Shown: positions 9,984 through 20,187, numbered from the stretch's first letter. The stretch is 64,000 nucleotides of DNA from a bacterium (GCA_028713675.1 JAQTNV010000010.1:12369-76368), one strand, 5' to 3'. Translations and numbers: made by a program. The notes: a model not told the origin generated them from the sequence alone.

Positions 9984-10002
9984 TAATTGCGGAAAATCGG
10001 TT

Positions 10003-12612
10003 TTGGCTTTAAAGAAAAAATATTTTCTATTTGTCCTCATCCTGGTCTTTTCCGCCTTCTCTTGTGGTGGGGGAAATCAGACCACCGTTGAGCTCGGAAC
10101 CGTCCGGGTGGAAGTCACGAAAAAACCCCCGAAGCTTCGTTTCCTTGATTCCCAGGACCGGCTGATCGCCGAGACCCAGCCGGGAATAATCGAGCTCGCC
10201 CAGGTCGAGGAACAATACAAATGGTTCCAGGGCAATCTCGGCGTAGCCCGAACTACCAAATCCATGATCGACCTTTCGGAAGGATCCCTGAAAATCAAGG
10301 AGGAAGGCGACGTTCTCGAACTAACCCTCTCTGATAATTCCGGACATCAAGTGGCCACCCTTAAACTCCAAAACGGGCCTCGCTATAACACGATCAGTAG
10401 TATCATGCCTTACGGACCAGGGTCACAAGACACACTGAAAATGGAGTTTTCCACCCTGGCCGCGGAAAATCCCTCCACCGATGAAATCAACGAGGTCCAT
10501 TTTCTATTCGTCTGCCAGCCGGGCGAAGGTTTTTACGGTCTTGGGGGTCAGTCCGACAAGTCCGAGCACCGCGGCGAGACTGTCCCCATCCGGTCGACCG
10601 AACAAGGCATCCTGAAGGATGCCGGTCTGCGCGAGGATGATATTTCCCTGGTGGGAAGGGGTCACATTCACGACGCCTACTTCCCCCTGCCTTACGTGGT
10701 GGTGCATAAAACGGACGCGGAACCCCGGACCCATGGCTGGCTCCTGGATACCATTTCCCGAAGCCGTTTCCTGCTTTGCTCAGAGGATCCAGACCGTCTG
10801 GAAATCCAGGCCCGTCTGGCCCGGTTTTTAGGGGAGAGTCTTCTGACGTTATACCCCGCCGCTGATCTCTACCTTCTGCCAGGACCCGATCCCAAGAGTG
10901 TGGTCGGTCAATATACCGCCATCGAGGGACTGCCCCTGCCCCTGCCCCGCTGGGCCTTCGGCCCCTGGGTAGCCATTAAAGGCGAGCCCCTGGACGTGGC
11001 GGCCCAGCTGGAATCTCTACGGACATTCGATATCCCCGCCACCGCCATCTGGGACCAGGACTTCCAGGAATACGATCACCCCGACCTGTCCGTGCTAGTG
11101 GACAGGGCTCACGCTCTCGGCTTCCGACTCCTGACCTATTTCAACACCTTCCTTCATACCGACGTGCCAGCGCACCTGGATGCCATTAATTCCGGCTACT
11201 CGGTCAAAACCGAAGCCGGAGACCCGTACATGTTTCTCCAGGTCTCCCAAGAGAGCTCGCTGGTCGATTTTTCGAACTCAAAAGGGATGGCGTGGATGTT
11301 CGATCACCTGAAGGAAGCCTGGAATCTGGGAATAGACGGCTGGATGGCCGACTACGGGGAATGGGTGGCTCCCGATATGGTCTTTAAAGGTGTAGAAACT
11401 AATTTTCATACCAGCGGGATGGAAAATTATTACTCTTTCTTCTGGGCCGGGATAAACGACGCGGTCCTCCGCGATGCCCATCCGAACGACTCGGGAAATT
11501 ATCTTTTCTTCAGCCGCTCCGGCTACCTGGGCTCCAACCGCTACCTCCGCGTAACCTGGCCTGGAGACCAGGTTACGAGCTTTGACCAGTATGATGGCCT
11601 GCCGAGCGTCATCCCCTATGGGACCAGCCTGGGGCTTTCCGGGGTCAGCGCCTTCGGGCCGGACATCGCCGGCTACACCCCCATCGCCGCCCCGCCTTCC
11701 ACCAAGGAACTATATTTCCGCTGGACCGAGCTAGGCGCCTTCATGCCCGTGATGCGTACCCACCGCGGCTTCGACTACGAGCGTAACTGGAACTGGAACA
11801 AGGACCTCGACACCATCGCCCTTTTCCGGCGCTACGCGCTTTTACACCTGCGGATGGCTCCTTACCTCGAGGCGCTCCACCAGGAGGCAACCGAAACCGG
11901 CATCCCCGCCATCCGCCACCTGATGCTTGAATTCCCCGCCTGGACCGGGGTGGCCGAAAGTCATTATGAATGGATGCTCGGTCCTTCCCTCGTCGTCGCC
12001 CCGGTGATCGAGGCAGGCGCGCTCACCCGGACGCTCCGCCTGCCCCCGGGGACCTGGTATGACCTTTTCACCGGCAAACGCTATGAAGGCGATTCCGAAT
12101 TCACGGTTGACGCCCCGCTGGATTCCATCCCGGTCTTCCTGCGGGCCGGGGGCATCGTGCCCCTCCTCGACGAGCGGGTCCGCGGGGCCGAGCCCGGCCC
12201 GGACGCCCCCGAGCGGATCGCGGCCTCGGATATCGAGGATGAGCGCCTGGAGATCTGGATCGGGAGCTTCAGCGCCTCTGAAGCGATCCCGCCTGAGGCG
12301 GTGAGCGGCTCCGGACAGTTCACGCTTCTGGATGGGACGTCGATCACGCTGGAGGAAGATTCGACCCTTCCCGCCAATTCAGGGATAAATGAGGAAGGGA
12401 CTGTCCTGGCCGTTTGTCCGACCGGGACCGATCCCTGGGATTCGGACTGCTTCCAGGAAACCGACTCGGGTCAAATTTTGGTGGCGGCCCGCACCGGGCC
12501 GGGCGAAATTACCTTCGGCGGGGGATCCACCAATGGAATCGGGGTAAGAATCACCCTTTCGGGCGGCCCCTCTGGAAGGAGATATAAAATCCGGATTTTC
12601 CGGGGAATTTAA
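10003..12612 (+). CDS. Glycoside hydrolase family 31 lipoprotein (alpha-glucosidase / alpha-xylosidase-like)
   Basis: Lipoprotein signal (LVFSAFSCGGG). GH31 catalytic signatures GIDGWMADYGEW and SRSGYLGSNRYLRVTWPGDQVTSFD. Confidence 0.75.
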   Translation: MALKKKYFLFVLILVFSAFSCGGGNQTTVELGTVRVEVTKKPPKLRFLDSQDRLIAETQPGIIELAQVEEQYKWFQGNLGVARTTKSMIDLSEGSLKIKEEGDVLELTLSDNSGHQVATLKLQNGPRYNTISSIMPYGPGSQDTLKMEFSTLAAENPSTDEINEVHFLFVCQPGEGFYGLGGQSDKSEHRGETVPIRSTEQGILKDAGLREDDISLVGRGHIHDAYFPLPYVVVHKTDAEPRTHGWLLDTISRSRFLLCSEDPDRLEIQARLARFLGESLLTLYPAADLYLLPGPDPKSVVGQYTAIEGLPLPLPRWAFGPWVAIKGEPLDVAAQLESLRTFDIPATAIWDQDFQEYDHPDLSVLVDRAHALGFRLLTYFNTFLHTDVPAHLDAINSGYSVKTEAGDPYMFLQVSQESSLVDFSNSKGMAWMFDHLKEAWNLGIDGWMADYGEWVAPDMVFKGVETNFHTSGMENYYSFFWAGINDAVLRDAHPNDSGNYLFFSRSGYLGSNRYLRVTWPGDQVTSFDQYDGLPSVIPYGTSLGLSGVSAFGPDIAGYTPIAAPPSTKELYFRWTELGAFMPVMRTHRGFDYERNWNWNKDLDTIALFRRYALLHLRMAPYLEALHQEATETGIPAIRHLMLEFPAWTGVAESHYEWMLGPSLVVAPVIEAGALTRTLRLPPGTWYDLFTGKRYEGDSEFTVDAPLDSIPVFLRAGGIVPLLDERVRGAEPGPDAPERIAASDIEDERLEIWIGSFSASEAIPPEAVSGSGQFTLLDGTSITLEEDSTLPANSGINEEGTVLAVCPTGTDPWDSDCFQETDSGQILVAARTGPGEITFGGGSTNGIGVRITLSGGPSGRRYKIRIFRGI

Positions 12613-12698
12613 GCCCCGGCGCCACTTCCTTCCAATACCGAATTTATTCACTATTTATTCACTTGCAAACTCTTTCTATTTGTTATATCAAGCCTGTG

Positions 12699-13886
12699 AT
12701 GAATTTGCTGAGGGCCAGTTTTCTGTTCCTGCTCATTTCTCTATCCTTGCTTTCTCCCGCCGTCCTGGCCGAGGAATATAAGAACCCGTTGGATCCGCCC
12801 GCCCGTTCGGATGACCCCGCCTGGGCCGAGGCCCTGTCTTTCTGGGACCAGCGCGCTGATGTCGACAACGCGAAAAAGGCCCTGAATATTTTTATTACCC
12901 TGGCCGCCGGTCATCCCGACCAGGTCGAGCCCGAGCTCTGGCTCTGCCGGGTCTATTACTACCTCGGACTGGAAGAGGGAAGACATAGAAGGCCCGCCCT
13001 CCTGGCCGATTCGGTCGCACACGGGAAAAAGGCCCTGGCCCTCCGGCCGGGAAACTTTTACGCCCTCTACTGGACGGTCGGCGCCTACTACCACTTTGAT
13101 AACCTGAAGGAAATTCCCCCCGAGGTTAAGGAGCTGGCAGCCAAGCTTCCCCGGGGGCAGCGCGAGATTGCCGTCCCCGCCGGCAACCCGGAATGGAAAA
13201 AGGCCCTGGCCCTCTGGGACGCACGCGCAGATCGGGAAAAGGCCTGGCAGGCCGCTGAATTCTTCTGGAAGCTGACCAAAGATAACCCCCAATCCCTGGA
13301 GGCCCGGCTCTGGCTTACCCGCGTCTATTACTGGCTCGGACGGACCGGGAAAACCCCGGAAGAACGCAAAAAGATTTATTACCAGGGTTATAAATACGGC
13401 CTGGAGGCGGTAAAACTGAGCCCCCGGAACCCCGCCGCCAATTACTGGACCATGTGCCACCTGGCCCGTTACGGTGAGCTGGGTTCATTCATGAAGAAAG
13501 CCTCTCTCGCCTTAGACATTATCAACCTCATCCACCTGGTCGACCTGGAAGACCCGATTTATTTTTTCAGCGGCATTCCCAGCGTGCTCATCTGGTCCCT
13601 GGCCGATACCCATGAGCTCACCCGCAAACTCGTCCCCACTATCCTCGGCATCCCGGCCGACATGCGGCAAACGCTGAGAATGGCGTTTATCCTGGAACCG
13701 AATTACTTTGACGTCAGGGTGGGATTCGTGAAATGGTATATCTCGATCAAGGATTACCAAAATGCCCGGGAAGAGATCAATTACATTATTAAAACCCCGG
13801 CCCGCTCCCTCCCCGGCTACGAGGCGGAAAATATTTTAAGCCAGGACATCGCCCGGGACCTGCTCGAGCAGATCAAGGATAAATAA
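12699..13886 (+). CDS. Secreted protein with two internally duplicated TPR-like domains
   Basis: Signal peptide MNLLRASFLFLLISLSLLSPAVLA. Two homologous segments of about 120 aa (WAEALSFWDQRADVDNAKKAL... and WKKALALWDARADREKAWQAA...). Confidence 0.6.
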   Translation: MNLLRASFLFLLISLSLLSPAVLAEEYKNPLDPPARSDDPAWAEALSFWDQRADVDNAKKALNIFITLAAGHPDQVEPELWLCRVYYYLGLEEGRHRRPALLADSVAHGKKALALRPGNFYALYWTVGAYYHFDNLKEIPPEVKELAAKLPRGQREIAVPAGNPEWKKALALWDARADREKAWQAAEFFWKLTKDNPQSLEARLWLTRVYYWLGRTGKTPEERKKIYYQGYKYGLEAVKLSPRNPAANYWTMCHLARYGELGSFMKKASLALDIINLIHLVDLEDPIYFFSGIPSVLIWSLADTHELTRKLVPTILGIPADMRQTLRMAFILEPNYFDVRVGFVKWYISIKDYQNAREEINYIIKTPARSLPGYEAENILSQDIARDLLEQIKDK

Positions 13887-13894
13887 TCATTGAT

Positions 13895-14080
13895 AAGGTG
13901 ATAGGTGTTGGGTCATGGGTCATAGGTAAAATCAAAACCTAAAACCCAACACCCAAAACCTAATACCTAAAAATAAAAAACCCGAGGTTCCCCGGGTTTT
14001 AAGCTTCTTAACTTTTGGTTTTTCGCCTCTTGCTTCTTGCCTTTTGCCTATAACCTATGACCTATCACCTATGACCTATG
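13895..14080. repeat. Inverted pair of TAGGT-unit heptamer repeats (gtgataggtgttgggtcatgggtcataggt ... acctatgacctatcacctatgacctatgacc) flanking a terminator
   Basis: A related motif (gggtgataggtgttgggtgctgggt) occurs at 1392-1418. Confidence 0.6.
13971..14003. terminator. Bidirectional intrinsic terminator between the convergent 12699..13886 gene and mutS2
   Basis: Hairpin aaaaaacccgaggttccccgggtttt, with an A-run and a T-run on either side. Confidence 0.6.
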
Positions 14081-14082
14081 AC

Positions 14083-16467
14083 CTATTTTAGCCTGACCAC
14101 CGTCACCCCCTGCCCGCCTTCCTTGTCTTCGCCCGGGCGGGAAGAATGAACGTAGACAGAGCCCTTCAGGTAAGCGCGGATCCCTTCCCGTAACCGTCCC
14201 GTCCCCGATCCGTGGATGATAAAGACAAAGCCCAGGTTCCGCAGGTAAGCCTGGTCCAGGAAAGCCTCGAGCCGGGCAATCCCGTCCTCCACGATTTCCC
14301 CGCGGATGTCGAGCGTGTTTTCCTCGGTCCGGATATCGGCGGAGCCGTCCCCCCCGTCCGGGAAAGAAACCTTCCGGGCCGGCTTCTCTTCGGCCGGGGC
14401 CCCGGTCATCCCGGCCAGGTACCGCCGATCCACCCGGATCTTTAAAACCCCGACCCGGACCATCGCGCTTTCCGGATCCAGGGAGACAATCGTTCCCGGC
14501 TTTTTCAGGGTTTTTACCCAGACCGAAGCCCCGGCTTTCATTACTGCCGGCGGCCTCTCTTCCTCGGCTTCCCCTCCCAGGTCCAGCTCCCGCTCCAGCT
14601 TCTCCTTGACCTTCCGGAGTTCCTGCCGGACCGGTTCCGCCTCTTTGCGGGTTTTTATCTCCCGTAATTTCAGGATGATCTGGGCGGCCTCCCGGTCAAT
14701 CCGGTTGATCAGGGCCTGCCCTTCCCGTTTCAGCTCCTCCCGGGCCCGGGACTTTTTCTGGGCCGTCTGCCTGAGCTCCTCCTCGAGGCGTTCCCGCATC
14801 AGGCCCTGCCTTTCCTGCTCGGCGTCCAGCTCGGCTTTCTGCTCCCGGCGCTGGTTTTCGAGCTCATGCAGCCGGGAGAGGATCTCCTCGATGTTGTTAT
14901 GGGAATCCGTGACCCCGGAAACGGCCGCGGTTACGATTTCCTCCCTGATCCCCAGGCGCCGGGCGATTTCCAGGCCGTAGCTCCGGCCCGGGAACCCCCG
15001 CTCCACCCGGTAGGTGGGCGACATGGCCTTCAGGTCGAAGGCCACCGCCGCCGCCTCGAACCGCGCGTCCTCGAGCGGCAACAGCTTGAGCTCGGGAAGA
15101 TGGGTGGTGGCCAGGACCACCGCCCCCCGCTCGACCAGGGCCTGCAGAACCGCCCGCCCCAGCAGGGCCCCCTCGTGGGGATCCGTCCCCACGAACAGGT
15201 CGTCGAGCAGAACCAGGGAGCCCGGGATCACCTCATCCCAGACCTCGCGCACCCGCACCACGTAGGCGGAAAAAGCGGAAAGACCCCGCTCCAGCGATTG
15301 CTCCTCGCCGATTACCGCCAGGATCCGGCGGAAGACCGGCAGGCGCGAGCCGTCGGAGAGGGCGGGGATGATTCCCGACTGGAAAAGCGCCGCGGAGAGC
15401 CCGACCATTTTCATGGTCACGGTCTTCCCCCCGGTGTTGGGCCCGGAGATGACGATCCCCCGACGCTCCCCTTCCAGGGAAAGATCGTTGGGCACCACCT
15501 CGGTTTTATGGAGGATGAGCAGGGGGTGCCGTCCGCCGCGGAGCTCAAAACCGGGGAATTCCCCCAGGGTCACCTCCCCTCCCCCCAGGAGCCGGGAAAA
15601 CCTCCCCTTGGCCAGGAGCAGATCGAACTCCCCGATCCGGACGAAGATTTCCTCGATTTCCTCCGCCTGTTCCCCGACCAGGAGGGAAAGGTCTTTCAGG
15701 ATCCGGCCTTCCTCGCGCCGGACCTCACCCTCGGCCACCCGAAGGTTGTTGTTCAGTTCCACCACGAATTCCGGCTCGATGAAAACCGTGGCCCCGCTCG
15801 AGGAAAAATCGTGGACGATACCTTTGAAGTCGGCCCGCCGCTCGGCCTTGACCGGGAGCACGTACCGGCCCAGGCGGAGGGTGTAATATTTTTCCTGCAG
15901 GATGTCTTCCCACTCCGGGGAAACAATCATTTCCTGGAGCCGCTCCTTGATTTCGTTTTCCAGGAAATCCCGCTTTTTTCGGAGGCGCGCCAGATCGGGG
16001 CTGGCCTCGTCCCGGATCCTCCCGGAGGGATCGATCGCCTCCCGGAGTTTTTCCTGCACCCGGGGAATGCCCGCCAGCCGCCCGAAATGCTCCCGGACCC
16101 GGGGAAGTCTTCCGGGCCGGGTTTTCAGAAACCGCCGCACCGTTTCCGCGCCCTCCAGGACCCAGCCGACCCGGAGGAGTTCCTCCGGTTCCAGGACCGC
16201 GTCCTTCCGGACCCGGGCCAGGATCGGGGTGATTTCTTCAATCGCGGCCAGCTGGGGGAGGGACTCGCCCAGCTCCAGTTCGGCGCGGATTTCCCCGGTT
16301 TCCTCGAGCGCGCGCTGGACCTCCCCGGCCCGGGCTGAAGGTTTCAGCTCCGCGACCAGGCCCCGGCCCGCCGGGGTCTGGCAGAACTCCTCCAGCTTCT
16401 TCCGGATTTCCGGGAACTCCAGCTCGCTTTCGGAGCGGGCGGAGAGGCAGTCGATTTCCGGTTCCAT
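14083..16467 (-). CDS. mutS2: Endonuclease MutS2 (MutS domain plus C-terminal Smr domain)
   Basis: 794 aa. Walker A motif ISGPNTGGKTVTMK. C-terminal Smr domain (LDIRGEIVEDGIARLEAFLDQAYLRNLGFVFIIHGSGTGRLR). Confidence 0.9.
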   Translation of the reverse strand: MEPEIDCLSARSESELEFPEIRKKLEEFCQTPAGRGLVAELKPSARAGEVQRALEETGEIRAELELGESLPQLAAIEEITPILARVRKDAVLEPEELLRVGWVLEGAETVRRFLKTRPGRLPRVREHFGRLAGIPRVQEKLREAIDPSGRIRDEASPDLARLRKKRDFLENEIKERLQEMIVSPEWEDILQEKYYTLRLGRYVLPVKAERRADFKGIVHDFSSSGATVFIEPEFVVELNNNLRVAEGEVRREEGRILKDLSLLVGEQAEEIEEIFVRIGEFDLLLAKGRFSRLLGGGEVTLGEFPGFELRGGRHPLLILHKTEVVPNDLSLEGERRGIVISGPNTGGKTVTMKMVGLSAALFQSGIIPALSDGSRLPVFRRILAVIGEEQSLERGLSAFSAYVVRVREVWDEVIPGSLVLLDDLFVGTDPHEGALLGRAVLQALVERGAVVLATTHLPELKLLPLEDARFEAAAVAFDLKAMSPTYRVERGFPGRSYGLEIARRLGIREEIVTAAVSGVTDSHNNIEEILSRLHELENQRREQKAELDAEQERQGLMRERLEEELRQTAQKKSRAREELKREGQALINRIDREAAQIILKLREIKTRKEAEPVRQELRKVKEKLERELDLGGEAEEERPPAVMKAGASVWVKTLKKPGTIVSLDPESAMVRVGVLKIRVDRRYLAGMTGAPAEEKPARKVSFPDGGDGSADIRTEENTLDIRGEIVEDGIARLEAFLDQAYLRNLGFVFIIHGSGTGRLREGIRAYLKGSVYVHSSRPGEDKEGGQGVTVVRLK

Positions 16468-16539
16468 CCTGATAATTTCCCCTTGGTTTAACCCGAACTT
16501 ATATTAATATAAAAGAGTCCTTATAATAAGCGCACGCAA

Positions 16540-17274
16540 ATGGAAACCCTGATCGTAATCCCGGCCCGCTTCGCCTCTTCCCGGCTCCCGGGCAAGCCCC
16601 TGCGAAAAATCGCCGGCCGGCCCATGATCCAGCATGTTTACCAGCGGGCGCTGGAAGCCCGGGTCGCCCCCCGGGTGGTGGTGGCCACGGAGAGCGAGGA
16701 GATCCGCTCGGCGGTCCTGGCTTTCGGGGGCGAATGCCTCCTCACCCGCGCCGACCACCCCACCGGCTCGGACCGGGTGGCCGAAGTGGCGGGGAAAATC
16801 CGGGCGGATATCTACCTGAACCTCCAGGGTGACGAGCCCCTGATGGACCCGCTGATGCTCTCGGAGGTGCTCGCCCCCTTCGCGGACCCGGACACCCCGG
16901 TCGCCACTTTGAAAAGCCGGTTTCCGCCGGAAGAAAAAATCGGAAATCCCAACCTGGTCAAGGTGGTGGTCGACCGGCAGGACTGGGCCCTGCTCTTTTC
17001 CCGCGCCCCCATCCCCCATTACCGGAACCCCGAGCCCGATCCCATCCATTATCTTCATCACGGGATCTACGCTTACCGCCGCGAGCCCCTGCTCGCCTTC
17101 GGGAAATCCGCCCCCACCCCGCTCGAAAGGGCGGAAAGCCTGGAACAGCTCCGCTTCCTGGAGCTCGGATTCCGGATCAAGGCCCCGACCACCTCCCGCC
17201 GCTCAATCGGGGTGGACACGGAGGAAGACCTCGCCCGGGTGGAAAAGATCATCTCCAAAAACCCGGATTTATGA
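16540..17274 (+). CDS. kdsB: 3-deoxy-manno-octulosonate cytidylyltransferase (CMP-KDO synthetase)
   Basis: Motifs IVIPARFASSRLPGKPL and LQGDEPL. Sits in the KDO/LPS neighbourhood. Confidence 0.9.
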   Translation: METLIVIPARFASSRLPGKPLRKIAGRPMIQHVYQRALEARVAPRVVVATESEEIRSAVLAFGGECLLTRADHPTGSDRVAEVAGKIRADIYLNLQGDEPLMDPLMLSEVLAPFADPDTPVATLKSRFPPEEKIGNPNLVKVVVDRQDWALLFSRAPIPHYRNPEPDPIHYLHHGIYAYRREPLLAFGKSAPTPLERAESLEQLRFLELGFRIKAPTTSRRSIGVDTEEDLARVEKIISKNPDL

Positions 17275-17507
17275 GTTAATATGAGGAAATATAAGTAGTT
17301 AGAACCTATCGGATAACTTGCGGGAAAAGACAAATTGGGACTTGAACAGGAAAACCTCCGGAATGACCCCCTCTCCCCCACCCTCCCCCTTCCCGCCTCT
17401 GGCGGGACAAGCCGAGGGGGGCCTGCCCGAGCCGGCCGCTCGGGTCGGCCAGGGAGGGAAAGGGTGAGGGTGAAAATAATTATCTGAACAGTTATGATTA
17501 AAACGCC

Positions 17508-18347
17508 ATGAAGGAATTTTCCCTGGGTAAAATCCGGCTGGGGGCGCAAAGCCCCCTGGCCCTGATCGCCGGACCCTGCGTAATCGAGGATCTGCAATTG
17601 ACCCTCGAGATCGCCGCCGAGCTGAAGCGGATTTCCGCCCGGCTCCGCCTGCCCGTAATCTTTAAAGCCTCTTACGACAAGGCCAACCGGAGTTCGCTCA
17701 AGGCTTACCGGGGGGTGGGTCTGAAAAAGGGTCTGGAGATCCTGGCCCGGGTCCGGGAAAAAACCGGGCTCCCGGTGATCTCCGACATCCATTGCCGGGA
17801 GGAGGTGGAACCGGCTTCCCGGGTCCTGGACGCCCTGCAGATCCCGGCGTTTCTCTGTCGCCAAACCGACCTCCTCCTCGCCGCCGGGAAAACCGGCCTG
17901 CCGGTCAACGTGAAAAAGGGGCAGTTTCTCGCCCCCGAGGACATGCAGGAGGTCGCCCGGAAAATCGCCTCCACCGGGAATGAAAAGATCCTGCTCTCCG
18001 AGCGCGGGACTTTCTTCGGCTACCACAACCTGGTCGTGGATTTCCGCTCCCTGGTGGTCATGGGCCGCCTGGGCTACCCGGTCTTCTTTGATGCCACCCA
18101 TTCAGTCCAGACCCCCGGGGAACATGGAAGCTGCTCCGGCGGGCACCGGGAATTCATCCCCGGCCTGGCCCGGGCCGCGGCCGCGGTCGGGGTGGATGGA
18201 CTCTACATGGAGGTCCACCCGAAACCGGAGAAATCCCCTTGTGACGGATCGAATATCTTTCCCCTGGGAAAACTCGCCCAGCTGCTCTCCGAGATCATCG
18301 CGATCGACCGGCTGACCAAAGGCGGCTCTAAAAGGATGAAAAAATGA
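17508..18347 (+). CDS. kdsA: 2-dehydro-3-deoxyphosphooctonate aldolase (KDO8P synthase)
   Basis: 279 aa. Conserved along its length (AGPCVIE, VIFKASYDKANRSS, DATHSVQ). Confidence 0.9.
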   Translation: MKEFSLGKIRLGAQSPLALIAGPCVIEDLQLTLEIAAELKRISARLRLPVIFKASYDKANRSSLKAYRGVGLKKGLEILARVREKTGLPVISDIHCREEVEPASRVLDALQIPAFLCRQTDLLLAAGKTGLPVNVKKGQFLAPEDMQEVARKIASTGNEKILLSERGTFFGYHNLVVDFRSLVVMGRLGYPVFFDATHSVQTPGEHGSCSGGHREFIPGLARAAAAVGVDGLYMEVHPKPEKSPCDGSNIFPLGKLAQLLSEIIAIDRLTKGGSKRMKK

Positions 18348-19396
18348 AAACCATTCCCGCCAATCCCTGGCCCAAAACGGGAAAAGCCCCCAAGGCCGAA
18401 TCGGATACCGTCCGCAACATTACCCGTTTCGACCCGGTCATCAGCGCGCGGAAGGTCCTGAAAACCGAGGCCGAGGCGATTTTGAACCTGATTGATCGCC
18501 TGGACGACAGTTTCCGGAACGCCGTCAACCTGATCCTCGCCTGCGAGGGCAAGGTGGTGGTCACCGGGCTTGGGAAATCCGGGATCATCGCCCACAAGTT
18601 CGCCTCCACCCTCTCCTCCACCGGAACCCCCTCGGTCTTCCTCCATCCCACCGATGCCAGCCACGGCGGCCTGGGCATTCTCTCGGGGCGGGACATGCTC
18701 GTCGCCCTGTCCAACTCCGGGGAAACCGAGGAAATGGTCGATATTCTCCCCGTCATCAAGCGCCTGGGCCTGAAACTCATCGCCATCACCGGGAACCCTC
18801 ATTCCACCCTCTCCCAAGCAGCCGATATCTGCCTAGACGCGAGCGTCCCGAAAGAGGCCTGCCCCTTCGGGCTTTCTCCCACCGCCAGCACCACCGCGAC
18901 CCTGGCCCTCTCCGATGCCCTCGCCATCGCCCTGATGGAAAGGCGGGGGATCAGCCAGGAGGACCTGGCGCTGATTCACCCGGGCGGAATCATCGGCCGC
19001 CGCCTCCTCCTCCGGGTTGAGGACGTGATGCACACCGGCGAGGAAATCCCCCTGGCCGCGGCCGGGTTAAAAATGCGGGATATTCTCCTGGTCATCACCG
19101 GAAAACGTCTGGGGGTGGCCGGGATCACCAATCCCCGCGGGGAACTGATCGGGGTTATTACCGACGGCGACCTCCGCCGGGCCCTGGAGCGCTACCCTGA
19201 TCTCCTGGAGCGCCACGTCGAGGAAATCATGAACCGCGATCCCAAGAATATTGAACGCCAGGCCCTGGCCGCCCAGGCCCTGCACATCATGGAGCAAAAC
19301 TCGATCACCTCCCTGTTTGTCTACGACCAGGAGAGGGTCGACGTGCCGGTCGGGGTTGTCCACATGCACGATCTGATCCGGGCCGGGATTCTCTGA
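18344..19396 (+). CDS. kdsD: Arabinose-5-phosphate isomerase (SIS domain plus two CBS domains)
   Basis: SIS motif VVVTGLGKSGIIAHKFASTLSSTGTPS, followed by a CBS pair. Overlaps kdsA by 4 bp (ATGA). Confidence 0.85.
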   Translation: MKTIPANPWPKTGKAPKAESDTVRNITRFDPVISARKVLKTEAEAILNLIDRLDDSFRNAVNLILACEGKVVVTGLGKSGIIAHKFASTLSSTGTPSVFLHPTDASHGGLGILSGRDMLVALSNSGETEEMVDILPVIKRLGLKLIAITGNPHSTLSQAADICLDASVPKEACPFGLSPTASTTATLALSDALAIALMERRGISQEDLALIHPGGIIGRRLLLRVEDVMHTGEEIPLAAAGLKMRDILLVITGKRLGVAGITNPRGELIGVITDGDLRRALERYPDLLERHVEEIMNRDPKNIERQALAAQALHIMEQNSITSLFVYDQERVDVPVGVVHMHDLIRAGIL

Positions 19397-19530
19397 GAAA
19401 TCCGTCCGCATTCAAGCAATCCTGATTCCGTAATTAATTTTCAAAATACTCTTCCCGGCTGTTCTGTCTTTCCCGCTTCAAATGAATAATAAAATTTGCC
19501 TGATCATTTTTCGGGATTAAAATTGAGGTT

Positions 19531-20187
19531 GTGACCAGAAGCCAAGACATGCCGGGGAAATTACCCCTCCGGACCTATATCCTGATTATCGTCCTCCTGG
19601 GCACCGGGATTTTCTTTTACTTCCATACCGGGAAGAATCTGATCGGGACAAAGGTTCCTCCCCGGGACCAGGCCGGCTTCCAAAGCAGCGTAAGGATTGC
19701 GGACGTTTTCTATGCCCGGAACGAGGGGGAAAGACTCGCCCTGAAAGTCCGCGCCGACTCGGCGGAATACCGGGAAAATCCCCGGATCGCCACCCTGGAG
19801 AAAATCCGGGCCCGGGTCTACCCCAAATCAGGCGGCGAGATCAGTATCTTCAGCGACTTGGGGCAGTATGATCTCGACCGGGAAATCCTCTCCCTCCCCG
19901 GGGGCGTCACCGCGGTCACCCAGGACGGGCTCAAAATCGGTGCCGGGAAGGGGTCTTTTAACAACAAATTGAAAGAGCTGGTTTTCGAAACCTTCCTGAC
20001 CGTGACCGGGCCCAACCTTTACGCCCGGGGCGAACGGCTCAGGATCGACACCCATTCCGGCAAGCTTACGATCGAAAACGGCATCGAGGCCGACCTCACC
20101 CCGTCCCGGATCCGCACGCTCCTCAAGGTTCAGAATCCGGACGGAAATCCCGGCGCGGTTCAACCGGCCCAATCGGGTGGAGGGTAA
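19531..20187 (+). CDS. lptC: LptC-like LPS export protein (N-terminal membrane anchor plus OstA-like beta-jellyroll)
   Basis: Single N-terminal TM helix (YILIIVLLGTGIFFYF) followed by a beta-rich domain. Position after kdsD matches the kdsD-lptC convention. Start uncertain: GTG at 19531 or ATG at 19549. Confidence 0.55.
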   Translation: MTRSQDMPGKLPLRTYILIIVLLGTGIFFYFHTGKNLIGTKVPPRDQAGFQSSVRIADVFYARNEGERLALKVRADSAEYRENPRIATLEKIRARVYPKSGGEISIFSDLGQYDLDREILSLPGGVTAVTQDGLKIGAGKGSFNNKLKELVFETFLTVTGPNLYARGERLRIDTHSGKLTIENGIEADLTPSRIRTLLKVQNPDGNPGAVQPAQSGGG

